This document shows positions 27,170 through 41,197 of a DNA stretch of 64,000 nt, in pieces. A model generated the notes under the pieces. That model saw only the letters and a program-made list of their open reading frames with translations. It was not told the DNA's origin and did no database searches. Origin of the DNA: Octopus sinensis (taxonomy: Eukaryota); NCBI RefSeq assembly GCF_006345805.1, contig NC_043001.1, forward strand, positions 106,826,001 through 106,890,000. The letters are read 5' to 3'. Each line of letters starts with the position of its first letter. The stretch's first letter is position 1. A program made the translations under genes and the position numbers.

Positions 27170-29279
27170 CATACATACATACATACATACATACATACAT
27201 GCACACACACATATACTTACATACATACATACATATATGTGCGTATATATTCTGTGTATTGATACGTGTACGTATCTAAGTGCGTAGACACATATACGTA
27301 CATATTAAGTGTATGTATATATGTACGTATGTATGTATACCTGCCTGTCTATGTGTGTGTGTGTTTACGTATGCATGTATGCATCTATGTACCTACGTAA
27401 GAATGTAATATACGTATGCATACATGTAAGTATAAGTACAATTAATATATATATATATATATATATGCATACTTACAGACGTATGTATATACGTCTGTAA
27501 TAATGTATATATTTAAGTAATTATCTAGGTATATAAGGCTGTCTGGCTAACAGGCTAACTGCATGTGTGTGTGTATGGATGTATGTATGTAAACAGGATA
27601 TATTTCTTTATGAATCAAAGTCTATGAACGGCACAACTTTATAGTCTGAAGGACAGATTTGACAGTCTCATGAGTTATGATTTATAGGTAGGACTAAATA
27701 TATTTTATTAAGGACTGATTTGCTTTTACTCATGTTCGGCTAGTGGAAAACATACGGAAGTACTTAAATATAAATTGATATGCCCGCAGCAACTATTAAG
27801 CGTATTTAAACTGCACAAACAGGCCATAAATCAAGGAACACACACAATATAGCGTTCAAGTATACCATCATATATATATATTTTTATACATCTATCATGG
27901 TAATGTATATGCCATACATATACGTATATATGTGTGTCTGTGTGTGCGTGTGTGTGTGTATAGTTGAGATTTACGGAAAAACAAATATATATATGTATGT
28001 AAATACACACATCTATATACATATACATATATACATACACACATACATATGGACGTGTGTTTGGGTGTGTGTGTGTTTATATTATATTGCGTATACGTTG
28101 ACAAGCTTGGTAATCATATACTGAGCTTCACCCTGCAAAAAAGATACTATGGTTAAACCACCCATACACACACACACACATGCTCACACACATACAAACA
28201 CAACGCTTTTCTTACAGGATGCTACTAAGAATACTTTCGACTAGTTTTGATTGGTTAATGTCGTTTATATGAATACCTACACGCTGTCTCAGTTCTTGTA
28301 TTAGTTTAGTTTATGTATAATTTACTCACTCATATATACATAGAGGTCTGTGTCAGCTGCATTATAGCCCCGTTTTGTATATATTTATTGATAGAATATT
28401 TTGTTGACAGGTCAATGGAAGGTTGATTAAAGAAGTTTAGGACAGAAGATTCCTCAGCTCTTTAGATTGTATAGTTATACTCCCCACTCATACTTAGTGT
28501 TAAAACACCTAATCGAGTTAACTCATTATTAAATTCAATATAACTGCCTTAATTATTTTAATTTTTATATAACTTTTATATCATTTTCTTATTATGTTAT
28601 AAGATAGGCAATTTCTAAGTTTCTAAATTTCCGTTTCTATATAGTTCCTGTTTACTTTTAATCACTTTGTCTGTTAGATGTATTACCCGCTTATAGTAGC
28701 GCTTATGATGTCTCCACATCGATAGCTTGTTTGACATTTACTGTACTTTTTCCTATTTAAACTAATTACTCTCAAGTAAGTTTATCTTTTTATTAAAATT
28801 CATATAACTTATTCAAGAATTTTATACCAGTATTGGATAACTCAACGTTGGTAATAATAGGCTCGTTTAGTAATAGACCTAAGAGTAGACATATTCATAA
28901 AAATACTTATCGCTTTCATTTATACACCATATAGAGGCAGCAAGCTGGCAGGATTGTTACCACACAGGATACACTGTGTAGCATTTCTTCCGGTTTTACT
29001 TTCTGAGTTCAAATGGAACCAAGGCCAATTTTGCATTCAAATTTCGCAGTCGATAAAAAAAAAAAGTACCAACTCAGTATGCATACACAAGCCTTCTCAC
29101 CTAAAATTTCAGGCCTGGTACCTATAGTAGAAAAGATCTATGCACCATATATTTTAACTCATAATTCTAACACTTAGTAACTACAAACGTGAATGTTATG
29201 TTACATAATATATGGAATAACTGCATTGTATAATAGGTGACTAAACATATTTTAAATGTTCAACATCTTCTGCCATCTG

Positions 29280-29620
29280 TTTATGTACCTGATCAGCTAG
29301 ACTAGTTTACTTCTTGTTGGGTATTTGTTGATGCAAGGTCTTTGCTTATCGTCTTTTGAGAGTGAGATCCTAGGTTTTATATGGTTCAACGAAGTTAATT
29401 GTAGTTCTACTGCAGTCGCTCTAACTGTTACATCATCTGCGTGCTAAAGTTCAATTATTGGTTAACTGAGATCTTTATACTGGCACAGTTTTGACCATCC
29501 TTGAATAGCTTGCTATTTATTCTGCAGAGGTCTGAACGTCAGACAGAATTTTGTTCATAATAATTTCCAGCTTACCTGGGCAGAAGATGGAAAAGAGCAG
29601 ACAATCACATATTCCTTCTC
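29280..29620 (-). mobile_element. Decayed RTE-clade RT remnant
   Basis: LFSIFC, then a RSD..LF-like segment, then ADDV (FADD-like), in the expected order on the minus strand. Confidence 0.45.
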
Positions 29621-29984
29621 AGTTTTCATTTTAAACTAATTTATAGTAAATGAGTATCACGGCACTTTAGTTTCCATTTCTATGTGCTGGAATTGTGATT
29701 GCGAGGAAATTTCTTAAACAAAATTCGGTAAGCTTTTTAACACAGCTTTAAGATTTACGAAATTAAGTAAACTTGACAGTTTTTGATACCATTCTCTTTG
29801 AAAATTGTGTAAATTATGGGCGACATGTTCGTAGACTGGAAATTTTCCGCCAGATATGAAACCGTGCAAACTAGCACCTGTTTTGAGAGCCATACGACGG
29901 GATTGATTTCATTTGATAAAAATAATATATTGTATTTTGATCCTCCCAATGTTTAATAATGTGGATATATATATATATCTTAAT

Positions 29985-30215
29985 GGCACTCCGTGGGTTG
30001 CGATGACGAGGGTTCCAGTTGATCTGATCAATGGAACAATCTGCTCGTGAAATTAACGTGCAAATGGCTGAGCACTCCACAGACACGTGTACCCTTAACG
30101 TAGTTCTCAGGGCGATTCAGCGTAACACAGTGTGACAAAGCTGGTCCTTTGAAATACAGGTACAACAGAAACAGGAGGAAAGAGTGAGATAAAGTTATGG
30201 TGAAAGAGTACAGCT
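29985..30215 (+). mobile_element. SINE-like interspersed repeat (third family)
   Basis: gttccagttgatctgatcaatggaacaatctgctcgtgaaattaacgtgcaaatggctgagcactccacagacacgtgtaccc. A diverged relative lies near 7090-7220. Confidence 0.6.
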
Positions 30216-31123
30216 AGTGAAGTAAAATATATATATATTCACGAATATTTATTTAAGCAGACATTGTTATGTATCGACTTATTGTATATTCTCAGACTGA
30301 AAAGCTTCAAATAAATTTAAAACTTCATTTCTTTTCTAATACTAAACAAGTTGTACTTGGTTTTTAGTAAGTATTTAATTATTTTGATTTAGTTACTTTC
30401 TATATGTTGGTATTAATGTTATTTTATTTAAATAAGATAATATAAACACACATATTTCGAACATGTAAGGGGTTTCTTTCTTTTTCTTTTGTATGCTATA
30501 ATATTTAACATGTCTTCTAATCAACATTTCCAAAAAATTCTATATCCGAAATATAGCCTGTTTAACTTCAAAAGAAGTAATACGACAATGAGGATAAAAC
30601 TGAGACCAAAGAAGGATGGTAGATTGTTGAGGAGAGTCTGTTAAAAAGGGGAAGAAAAATGCTAGAGAGAAACAAAAAGCTCAAAAAGAAAAGACATAGG
30701 ATAATGAAGAAAAGCCTACCTCTCTCCCGGAAGAAACCAAGAGCAACGAACCCAGCTCGTCCTTGGAAGCTACGTGGTTTAGCGTGATGAGAACATTCAA
30801 GATTTTATAGGCAACAAGTGGAAAGAAGCAAGTGAAAAGATGTTGATTGCAGCGCATGAGGACAGAGTGCAAAGAAGGATAGACTGCTGGTGAAAACAAT
30901 ATAATCATTCTATTCGTAGCTGTATCTTAATTATATAAAAGACGTAGCTCTTTTTTTCGAGCCACTCCAATTATCAACTTAATCTAGGGACATACATATA
31001 AGGGTAAGAAACCCTGATGTAACACCTGAACAGCTTCTCACTTACGATGAGATGGGGATGCGTGGCCCTTATTTGTTGCATTACATGTACATACACCTCA
31101 CACACACTCCTGAGACACACATA

Positions 31124-31184
<61 letters not shown>

Positions 31185-32319
31185 ATATATAATACATGCA
31201 CAACACGTTATATATATGTAAATATTTACATGTATACATACATATAGTTAGCTAGCTAGCTAGCAAGACAGACAGACAGATAGACAGTCAGACAGACAAA
31301 CAGACAGACAGACAGACATATAGAGATATATTTGTCCGTGTGTTTGTGCCTATTTATTTTATGTATATTGCTTATATCAAATTTTTCCTTCCTTTTTATA
31401 TATTTGGCAGGAAGAGGCATAGAAGTGGTATAGAAAGGTAAAAACAAAGAAAACAACGGCAAATAATTTTTAAATGAAAACACACAAGAAAACAATGAAA
31501 GCATTTCATTTAAATAGCAATAATAGCTCTAATAATTAGTAAAACAAACAGCCAAACTGCAGAGACAGTGTAGCAGCAGAGAGTAACAAACAATTTTTAT
31601 ATTTACTAAGTATGGTATTTTAGAATGTTTTATATCATAGGAGATACTTGCAATTCTGTAACAGCCTTTGCAGGGTGTTGATTTTAATTAACCCGCAAAA
31701 AAGCTTAGCAACAACATTTCAACTAACATCGTAGAAAACACAGGGCAATTTGGGAGGATTTTTTTCTTTTATTAATAAAATGTGGATTTGGGTGACACAA
31801 AATACAAATTCAGATTTAGTTGCTAATTTTAGTGTTGAGTGGCCATGCAGACGTTTGCTGATTGTGGTTCGTCATGGATATTGTTTATCATAGGTTTTGT
31901 AACATACATGAAATCCATCTTGCTGTGTGTCTGTGAAATTAAGTTGTAAATTTAATATGAAACATAATTAAAATTTATATGTAATCTATATCAACCAAAA
32001 CTGAAAGTTCAGGGCACAGGAAGAAATATTATGATGATTTATGGCAGCGACTTTCTCAAACCCGTCAATAAATTATAAGGGATTACTACAAGTGTTTTTC
32101 TGACAGGTTCTCATCTATCTGTAGGTTCATTTGATATATATATAGAAATAAATGTGCGTGTGTGTGTGTGAACGCACGTGTATGTGTATACATATACTTA
32201 TTCATAGTTAAACATATAAACACAGTGATGTGTGTAGTTGCATTCTGTGAATTCTTACACTGTTTCTTATTTAAATGTTGATATAATTCATACACATGTG
32301 TGCGCGCGTACGTACGCAT

Positions 32320-32870
32320 ATGGTGGCTGCCCCCTCGTTATCGAGAATGGCCATTGCACGAAGCTTAATCAATGTTGCTATCGTGCAATGCCTGTGCAAG
32401 AAGATTTTTTTTAAGTGAGGAAACGCTGTGCACTGAGTCAATGCCACTCACTAAGCAACAGCAGCCATAATCCGAAAAGAAGAACAAGTCAACATCATCG
32501 GTAACCACTGAGCCGCAGGTTTTATGTCGGAGTTATCCCAGTCACCTGAGTTACCTTCTCCTAGAAGGATGCCCTAACAAAGGCTAAGAGTCCTTCACTC
32601 CCAATGGCTTAACCGCGCGATCGGGCATTCAGTCCGATTATTTCTATGTCCCCGCGCATGATACAGCCTTAAGACATTTATTGGATGGCCGTTGACTCTC
32701 AAGAGTTCCTCCGCCCTTTGACGGGTTTTGTTTCTCATCCCGCAGGGTGTCCAATAAACACCCTCCTCACCAAGCAAGCTTGGTGGGGTTGCCGGTTTAG
32801 TCGCCGACGACCCGACCATGCAACAGGTTGTACTGGGTTACATGTTACCAGTAACACTCGAAAGTGACCT
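32320..32870 (-). mobile_element. RTE-type element 5' UTR fragment
   Basis: Minus-strand tctaggagaaggtaactc motif resembling RTE 5' UTRs, in a GC-richer block with sharp boundaries against microsatellite. Confidence 0.45.
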
Positions 32871-33099
32871 GACACATACGTACGCATATACATATAAACG
32901 AATGTACATGCATACTAAACAAGTGCATACATGTCTATGGCTGTGTGTGTATATAAGCCAAACATAAAACTTCAAGGAAATACGAAAAACGATTAATAAA
33001 AATATATTAAAAGTGAAGACAGACCTGTGTTTAATAAAACTTTAATAACGCTATTGAATTTCTTCCCTCTCTGTTCTCTCCTCGGCTATATCTATTCTC

Positions 33100-33510
33100 T
33101 AGTCACGGGTGCTGGGTGAACTGGGATAATATGGACAATGTAGCATTTAAGAGAAAATTTGAATTTGTATCCCTCATTCTAGACTCGCACAATAACTGTT
33201 ACCGGCATTCGTCCGGTGATACAGGTTTCCAATCTCCCATAGAAATATGTCCAGCGTTGGAGGAATATTAGCTTGCTTGGAAACAAGTGACACTTGGCAG
33301 CAGGAAGGGCATCCAACTGTAGAAAATCAACCTCATGAACTCCATCCGATCACTGCAAACGTGCGAAAATGAATATGAAAACGATGATGACAGTGAAGAT
33401 GAAGACGGCAATGACATCGAAGACAACGATGACGACGATGATGTTGCTGATGTTGATGATGATGATGTCGACGACGATGATGACGACGACGATGACGATG
33501 ATGATGAAAA
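33100..33510 (+). mobile_element. SINE/RTE 3' tail with expanded (GAT/GAC)n repeat
   Basis: ggcagcaggaagggcatccaactgtagaaaatc tail motif followed by the trinucleotide tract. Confidence 0.6.
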
Positions 33511-33784
33511 TAGTTACTCGTCATATAGAAATTCGTCATAGGCAGATATGATTATGACGCTTAATAAGTTCGCATTCTTGTCAGAGTTTCGTCTCACCAT
33601 TAATTGCACACTTCGTGACACAAAGCAAGTCTCTTCTACGCTAATGAAAGTGAGTTGCCGGAAAGTGCGTGGAGGTCATTCGCATAAACTGTACCGACAC
33701 TACAAAGAGACACTATCATTAATACACACAGCGGATCTTTTCACTTTGACCGGTAGATTTTTTAATAATTTCTTTGTAACTAAA

Positions 33785-34260
33785 CACTTTTAAACTTCGT
33801 ATACTGGTAGAATGTGTCACATAAAACATCTTTTTCTCTTGGCGTTCTTGAGAAAATTATGTAGTTTGTAAGCTATTTCTTGTTTAATTTCTCGTATTAC
33901 GGCAATTTCAACCAATCAATGATGTCTATTGAGGTGAATACAATTACTGCTGTTGTTTGCCAACAAGCTCAACAACAACTTCCGGCGGTGTCTATTTCGT
34001 TTAAGAAACAGATTGAAATGCAATAAAATAGATCGAAACTAGGGTCATAACTATGGGTGGACACTTAATGAGGAAACGGTTTTGTTATCCAGCTCTGTTT
34101 ACGAGTGACCCCTCAGTTTATGGCCACAAAATGTTTATATTTGCAGCTTATTTACATTTCTGAAGAAAAAAAATAACCTTCCCCCACCCCAAACCCTAAC
34201 CCTAACCCCACATATATAAAAAAATTAAAATTTTACGGTAACTGACGATCGTCTTCTTCA
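33785..34260. repeat. Second, rearranged copy of the (CCCTAA)-containing repeat family
   Basis: Aligns by eye to 7500-7860; ccctaaccctaaccc at ~34190-34208. Confidence 0.7.
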
Positions 34261-34689
34261 AATGTAAACAAATACACTTGAGGTAAATGGGACTCATATA
34301 GAAAGAATGTCGATATGTATAATATAAATAATAGATTTGTATGTAATACATGTATGTATGTAATACATGTATGTATGTGTACATATATACATAATATCAT
34401 ACAGTGTAGTTATTGTATGTATAGCAATAATTTTTATGATGTTTATAAATTCAATCTATATTATGTTGGATGCATGAAATGTTATATGTAATACTGTTTC
34501 ATTCATTTATTAACCATCGCTTCTCATCATTAATACCCATTATTCATTAAGTTATTCATATATTAAAATGTATTTATACATCACAATACTCATACAAATT
34601 TCAACACCTAAACCTTGTCCTCTTTTCCTTGTTTCTTTCTTGTAAACACAAGACATGCACCCACCCAGACACCGCCAGAAGTTGTTGTT

Positions 34690-35300
34690 GAACTTGTTGA
34701 CATGCACAGTACAAAGATCAGTGGGGACAGGCAGTCCCCTTGGAAGATGCCCCTCCTAATGTCTACTGTCCCTAAGCTTCTTCCGTATGTTGTCATGTCA
34801 GTCCTCCAATTCGCCATACTTTTTCCCAGCAATCGCTCAACATTCGATGCAATACCAAATAGGTTCATACATTCCATAATCCAAGAATGTGGTATCATAT
34901 CGTACGCCTTACAATAGTCGATCCATGACATGGCTAAGTTACTTTTCCTCCTCTTGCAGTCTTTAAGTTGATCCTTGGTACCTCTGCACTTACGCTTGCA
35001 ACCCTTCTGCTCATGTAGCAGGACTCCATTTTTTCCAGATGTTTGTACATTGACTCTGCGAGTATTCCAGTCAATAACTTCCACATAAGTGGCAAACACG
35101 ATATCGGCCTGTAATTGTCTACCGTATTGCCTTTTTCGATATTTTTCAGGCACAGCACTGTCCGACCCAATGTCAACCACTCTGGTGTTACCTGGTCGGC
35201 ATTTAACAAGGTGATGAGTTACGCAGCTATTCGTGCATGACATTCCCCAAATCTTTAAAGTCTTGGTTCCAGATGCAACTTACCAACCTCAACAGATGTG
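34690..35300 (-). mobile_element. R4/Dong-type (restriction-like endonuclease) LINE, RT fragment
   Basis: [43 protein letters not shown] and [14 protein letters not shown] in track ORFs 34934..35209 and 34608..35243. One frameshift and a small deletion. Confidence 0.85.
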
Positions 35301-37589
35301 GTCTTCACAGCTGCATAAATCAATGGGAGAAGGGTGTCGCCATTGGTGGTGGCTATGTAGAGAAGCGCTAATAATTATGCCAAGTTTCGTTTATCCCAGT
35401 CCTTGGGAAGTGGGTCAGGAGAAATCTTTAATGAACACCCCGCAAATGTGCTAGCAGGATTGTAGCTATGTAGATGTGTGTGCACGCGCATGTTCGCGTG
35501 TGCATGTTTGTATGAACGCATGTGCGTATGTATAAGAATATATATACACGAGGGGGTGATGAAAGCTCTTGGCTTTAAGGGTATCGCGAATGGCCTGGTT
35601 GGAGGCCCGACCTTCTGAGTTCTTTTGCAGGTCTTAGAAAAACTGAAGGGCTGCTGCAATAAGTGTGTGAATCTGAGAGGGGAATATGTAGAATAAAATT
35701 AAAAATAACTAATCCTCTTGTATTTTCTTTTACCCAAAGCCAGAAACCTTTCACCACCCCCTTATATATATATATATACATGCCCACATAAATTTGTTTA
35801 TATAAAAATGCAGACGTGTATTCATGTATATATTATGAGTGTGTATGTGTGTGAAAACTTTTTTTTTACATAAATATACAACTACATATATAAATATGTA
35901 TGGCTTAAAGTTTTTTGTTTTTTTTGATAGCGGCAAAACTTTAAGTCAATAATAATTTATGTATTTACCATGAGGGTGACGTATGGGGCAAAATTACAAG
36001 TAAGAATTACAAAAACAGTAGGGGTTTGTTACATAAATTTCAGTATAAGAAAACGGATGTGAACAAGTATCCATTATAAAATGAAATGAAACAGTCCAAA
36101 AGGGATCAACCTCATGGGACCAATCGGGAAAGCTCACAGTTCTCGGATTGATAATTTCTGCCAAGAACATATGTGTTCTTCCAACTGTGTACTTCAACCT
36201 ATCCGAACCATGCTATAAGCAATTCCATTCACTCGCACCATTATTGCTAATCTGACCCACCTATCAGGGAATCTACTGTTGGGCATCACTTCTTTCTCTT
36301 TTCTCATCTGCCTCACCAAATCATCACCAAGTCACACTTGAAGAAGTTGATGAGTTTTGAGGTAAAGAGGAAAGTGACTGAGTTTTGTTCTTTCAATTAT
36401 GTCCACCATACAACCTTTTGCCTTGTACCAGCCAGCTTAGAATACTGCTTGCCCTTTCCAGCCACAGTAAGACAGCGAAACGATTGTCATGACGAACCCG
36501 AGGCTGGTTGGATTCGTCCTATACTCGACAACAGCTATTTGATTTAACCCACAAGTCAACGATGCTTGGGGTACATGCAGAACAAGTTCATCACCTTTTG
36601 TGCATCTCAGAGAAGTCCGAGACTTAGAAAAATTATAAGTATTTGGCAACATTCCAGATGTAACAGATACAGCTGAAGTGATATACAACTATTTCAGCAA
36701 GGACATTAGCAAATTACTTAAGGAGTTAGACATTGGCACGTAGTAATACTAAGATTTGTAAATGTTGCTATGGCAGTATCACTCTTAAACTTCGTGCTTT
36801 CATGTTAACCTTAAGCAGCTATGTTAAACTTAGTCAATTTTATACATATTTTCCATCGAAAGTTTTTACTAAACATTTCTTTTTAATCTACAACATAGTT
36901 CTTTGCTTCAAAATTTATGTATTTTTCCCAGTAAATATTTCTTATTTGGTAAGAAAGCAAATTTTTGATGTATTTCTGAAACAATCAATAATAAATATGA
37001 TACATAGCTCTGATCCTATCAGTGAATATGCTGAATGAAACCGTCAATGCTTACAAATGCAGTGAAGCAACGAGCTATACGCTACATGGTTGCTCGGCCT
37101 GCTCGAAGAAGTAACCAGATGTCCCTCGGAACATAATCATTATATGCTCTCTAAGACAAGGAAACAACTCATTAGATAATGTAGTCCCACCAATCATAAA
37201 AATATAGGTGTGACCAAGGTTGGCTAGACTTTGTTCATGAGTTTGATCATAGAGATAACTTACGGCTAAATAACAACAGCAATAATTCTTTCTCCTATAC
37301 AGAACAAAACCTCAAATTTTGGGGGCTAGTGGAGCGGTGTGGAGGAGGTCTTGTCGATTTCATCCACCTCTGTACTTTAATGGTACTTATTTTATCGACT
37401 CTGAAAGAATAAAGTAGACAGCAGCAGAATTTAAGCTCAGACCGTAAAGCCGGAAGAAATGCCGCTAAGCATTTTTCCGACGTGCAAACGATTCTCCCAG
37501 TTCGCTGTCTTTACAACTACAATAATGCTCGATAAACGATATTTTCTGTATAGTTGATTTAAAGCTATTTATGGAGAACATAACTGAAA

Positions 37590-38190
37590 ATTGTTCATGA
37601 AATGAGTCAAGCTATAAAATTAGGTATGGAACCAAAGAAAATTTCCAAGGCTACTACTAACTGAGGCAAATTAACCATAACTGATACTGAATTAGATTCA
37701 GGCTTTGATAATATTAAATTAGATCCAGAAAACCAGATAGATGAAGACCACTCGTACACATACTTAAGAAAAGATGAAAGAATAAGATACAACACACTTA
37801 AGTGAAGAAGAAAATTAGAAAAGAGTATAACAGAAGAAACATTAAAAACAGAACTAAATACTGGAATGAAGATAACAGGCATAAACACAATACCGTTCCA
37901 GTAATAAACAACAGTTTTAGAATATCAAATAAGTAAATTGAAGAACTCAGGAAAATCAGGGGACTGTAAGCAGCATCCCGAGGTCAGCGCTATATAACTG
38001 ATATGAATAAATAAATACCTAATTGCACATTGGGGTGGTATAAGACTTCATACAAAAGAAAAAATAAAACAGAGAACTTATACAAAGTAACAACAATGGG
38101 ACTAGAAAAATACATAGAAACAAGTAAAGAGGAACCAATGAGAGAAATAAGGAATACTTTTCCAAGTAAAAGATAACATATTTCACTGAT
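37590..38190 (+). mobile_element. R4/Dong-type LINE, decayed post-RT fragment
   Basis: Remnants resembling SYKYLG, LKTELN...GINT.A.PV and HHPKSD..RLY..R..GGRGL. Confidence 0.55.
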
Positions 38191-38358
38191 TTCATCGATC
38201 TAAATAATGTAAAGAAACATACGCGCTGGCCCAGGCATTCACACTCTTACACACGCATACAGACACATGCATATGTATGCACAAGCATAGGTGTATATAA
38301 ATATGTATGCGTATGTATGAGTGTATATATATATATATATACCTACCTACCTAACTAC

Positions 38359-38450
<92 letters not shown>

Positions 38451-38479
38451 GGACACGCATCTAGAGTACGTGGGCAGAG

Positions 38480-38575
38480 ATAGGAATATACAGGGATGCA
38501 AGTGCCTCAGAGACCTGCTCAGACGCTTTCAACTGTCTGACACATACCGATTCGACCACCCGAATGCGCCAGCGT
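38480..38575 (+). mobile_element. L1/Tx1-type AP-endonuclease fragment
   Basis: GCKCLRDLLRRFQLSDTYRFDHPNAP resembles the L.D.YR..HP motif of L1/Tx1 APE domains. Confidence 0.5.
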
Positions 38576-38577
38576 AG

Positions 38578-38830
38578 CTTGGCATTAACTGTAGAACTAG
38601 AAATGTAGTTTACAGCATAAGATGCATAGAAGGTGCTTGTAAAGACATGAACATGATATACATAGGGGAGACATCTAGGAACGACTAAATGAACAACTGA
38701 GACAATATGACGACAAAAAAACAGTCCTCCATATTCTACCAACATGGAGGCAACCTGCATCTTATCCAAGTACCCAAAAGACCCAACACTCAGACGAATA
38801 CGGGCGTACGTCCTTATAAATGAAACTTCT
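38578..38830 (+). mobile_element. Penelope-like GIY-YIG endonuclease remnant
   Basis: GINCRTRNVVYSIRCIEGACKDMNMIYIGETSR, i.e. VVY...YIGET.R. Confidence 0.75.
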
Positions 38831-40169
38831 CCAATACTAAATAGGAAATATACATAGTAGATATCATACCCCCAAACCCAGTTTACATAGGTAGGGTAGA
38901 ATAGTCAGTGGGCTGTTATGTAGATAGATGTATGTATGTTTGTGAGTGTGGGTGTCTGTATATATGTGTATATGCACATGTATATAAGCATATGGATATG
39001 AAAATATACAGACGGATAGGTACATAGGTTATATGAACAGACAAGCACATGTACGCAAATGGAGACTGAAACACATGACCATATATACACACACACTTTA
39101 CTTCACACAAGGATACATATAGAGACACATGTCCACCACATATGGAGATGCATGCATATCCATACATACAAACACGGTACATAGTTGCAAAACACACACA
39201 CACACTCAAACATGCACACAGAAGGAGACAGAAGTACATATATATACAAACACACGCACACACATAAATAAAATAAAAAAACACACAAACACAGACACGC
39301 AAACACATGAATATGCAGAATACACACATACGGTGCACATACATACATATATACCGATGCACACACACACATATGTATACACACATGCATACATACATAC
39401 ATGCATAGACACACACACACACACACACACTGACCCACATATATGCGCACAAACAAGCAAAAAGAAACGCAGTGTAAATAACAGACAGTCAAGACTATTG
39501 AAAAGGTTGCAAGACGCAACGAAAATTTTATAAAAATAAGAATAAGAAATAAGTGGAAATTTTACCGGCAAATGTGTTAAATTATAAGGCACAAAAAGAA
39601 AATGACTCTCCCCAGACACAACATAATTCATAATGTTCGCTGTGAGCACAATTCACAATACATACCTACAAAGTCATTACCCAATAAAATAACTCGAACA
39701 TCACAACAAGTACTTCACACTTTCGACACTAAAACACAAATCAAACCACACACGCAAAGCAGGACCAACCATAAAACCAACCCGTATTCCACGTATTCCA
39801 TACCACATTATATTAACTTGAGACAACAAAACAGACGAAACATACAAATAAATTATACCGCGTCGAACCAAAAGTTCAAAGCTACGCACACCTCAGGAAC
39901 ATAGTGGTGCATCTGGTCATAGAGTAGAAATATGCTGGGAATTTTTAAAAAGGTAATACTAATGCTAATAAAGCTATTATTATTTACTTTCAGTATTTTT
40001 ATACTATTTATGTGAATCCAGGCATTGATACACGAATGGATAGCTCTGAAAGATCCACTATGAACAGCAGCGGCCCCAATACAGTTCCTTAAGACAATGT
40101 AAGCCTTAATACAAAAAAAAAAGAAGTAGCTTTTTGCGGTGTTGAAAACTCCTCATTGTTCGATACTTA

Positions 40170-40204
<35 letters not shown>

Positions 40205-40369
40205 CACACACACACACACATACACACACACACACACATATGCATACATGTATATATATGTATATATATATGTGTGTATATATATGAACAATTGCAGCGT
40301 GGAAGGTGTTTATAAGCCATTCAAGAAACACACGAAAGCCGTTCGATTCACTTCAACATTTAAGTTTAA

Positions 40370-40419
40370 TTCGTCAAAATATTTTCGTCGCTAAAATCCG
40401 CGACCTGTTCACTGACAAA
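40370..40419 (-). ncRNA. Second G3-C8 hammerhead-like motif (other arm of the inverted dimer)
   Basis: Stems and core identical to 40454-40504; differs only in loop II (ggatttta vs ggtcttata). Confidence 0.5.
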
Positions 40420-40453
40420 AATCCGTGCTGCATCTTTTGCATCTTTTGCATTT

Positions 40454-40504
40454 TTTGTCAGTGAACAGGTCGCGGTCTTATAGCGACGAAAATATTTTGA
40501 CGAA
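40454..40504 (+). ncRNA. Minimal type-I hammerhead-like motif, G3-C8 core variant
   Basis: Stem I tttgtca/tgacgaa, core GUGAACA plus an extra G, stem II gtcgc/gcgac, GAAA, palindromic stem III AAUAUU, triplet UUU. Confidence 0.5.
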
Positions 40505-40829
40505 TTAAACTTAAATGTTGAAGTGAATCGAACGGCTTTTGTGTGTTTCTTAAATGGCTTGCAAACACCTTCCACGCTGCAATTGTTTTCGTTCCAGCAC
40601 ACGATCTCAGATCAAATCACTTGCTATGCAAGTACATCCCCTGTATATATAAAGTTCAAGTTGAAAAATCCACCAGAATGGACGAAAGCGCTAATATTTG
40701 ATATATGATATAAGTTATATGATGTATAAAAACATGTAATATACAAATAAATATCTGTAAATATAAAACCATCCGAATTTCTGAATACCTCATTTCTTCT
40801 AATACTTGTACATCAACTCCAAACCTTCT

Positions 40830-40889
<60 letters not shown>

Positions 40890-41165
40890 ACAATGAGAAT
40901 GAGTGTTTAGCACTGCATTGGTGGATAATAATTCTTTATTTATGTATTAAGGCTTACATTGGTTGGGTTTCATGTTAAGAAATATCTCAATAATTCTTGA
41001 AACTGGTAACAGAAAAATTGGTATTTGCTTACATTTTGGATTAAAACACGATGTGTGTGTGTGTGTGTGTGCATTCATAGATAGAAATAGGTATAGAAAT
41101 ATAGGTATTTACAAACACACACACATACACACACACATACATACATACATACATACATACATACA

Positions 41166-41195
<30 letters not shown>

Positions 41196-41197
<2 letters not shown>

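Larger units (their letters stand above)
40287..40587. repeat. Inverted dimer of a Penelope-like terminal repeat (135/136-nt arms, 30-nt spacer)
   Basis: 40287-40421 is the reverse complement of 40452-40587, with about 7 differences by eye. Confidence 0.9.

Noticed and set aside
30580-30920. Purine-rich, protein-like stretch (DNEEKPTSLPEETKSNEPSS...)
   Set aside because: Stops in all frames and no splice signals or motif; possibly a TE remnant, but I cannot support a call.
33335-33551. Poly-Asp, poly-His and poly-Met ORFs
   Set aside because: Six-frame readings of a (GAT/GAC)n tail following a SINE/RTE 3' end.
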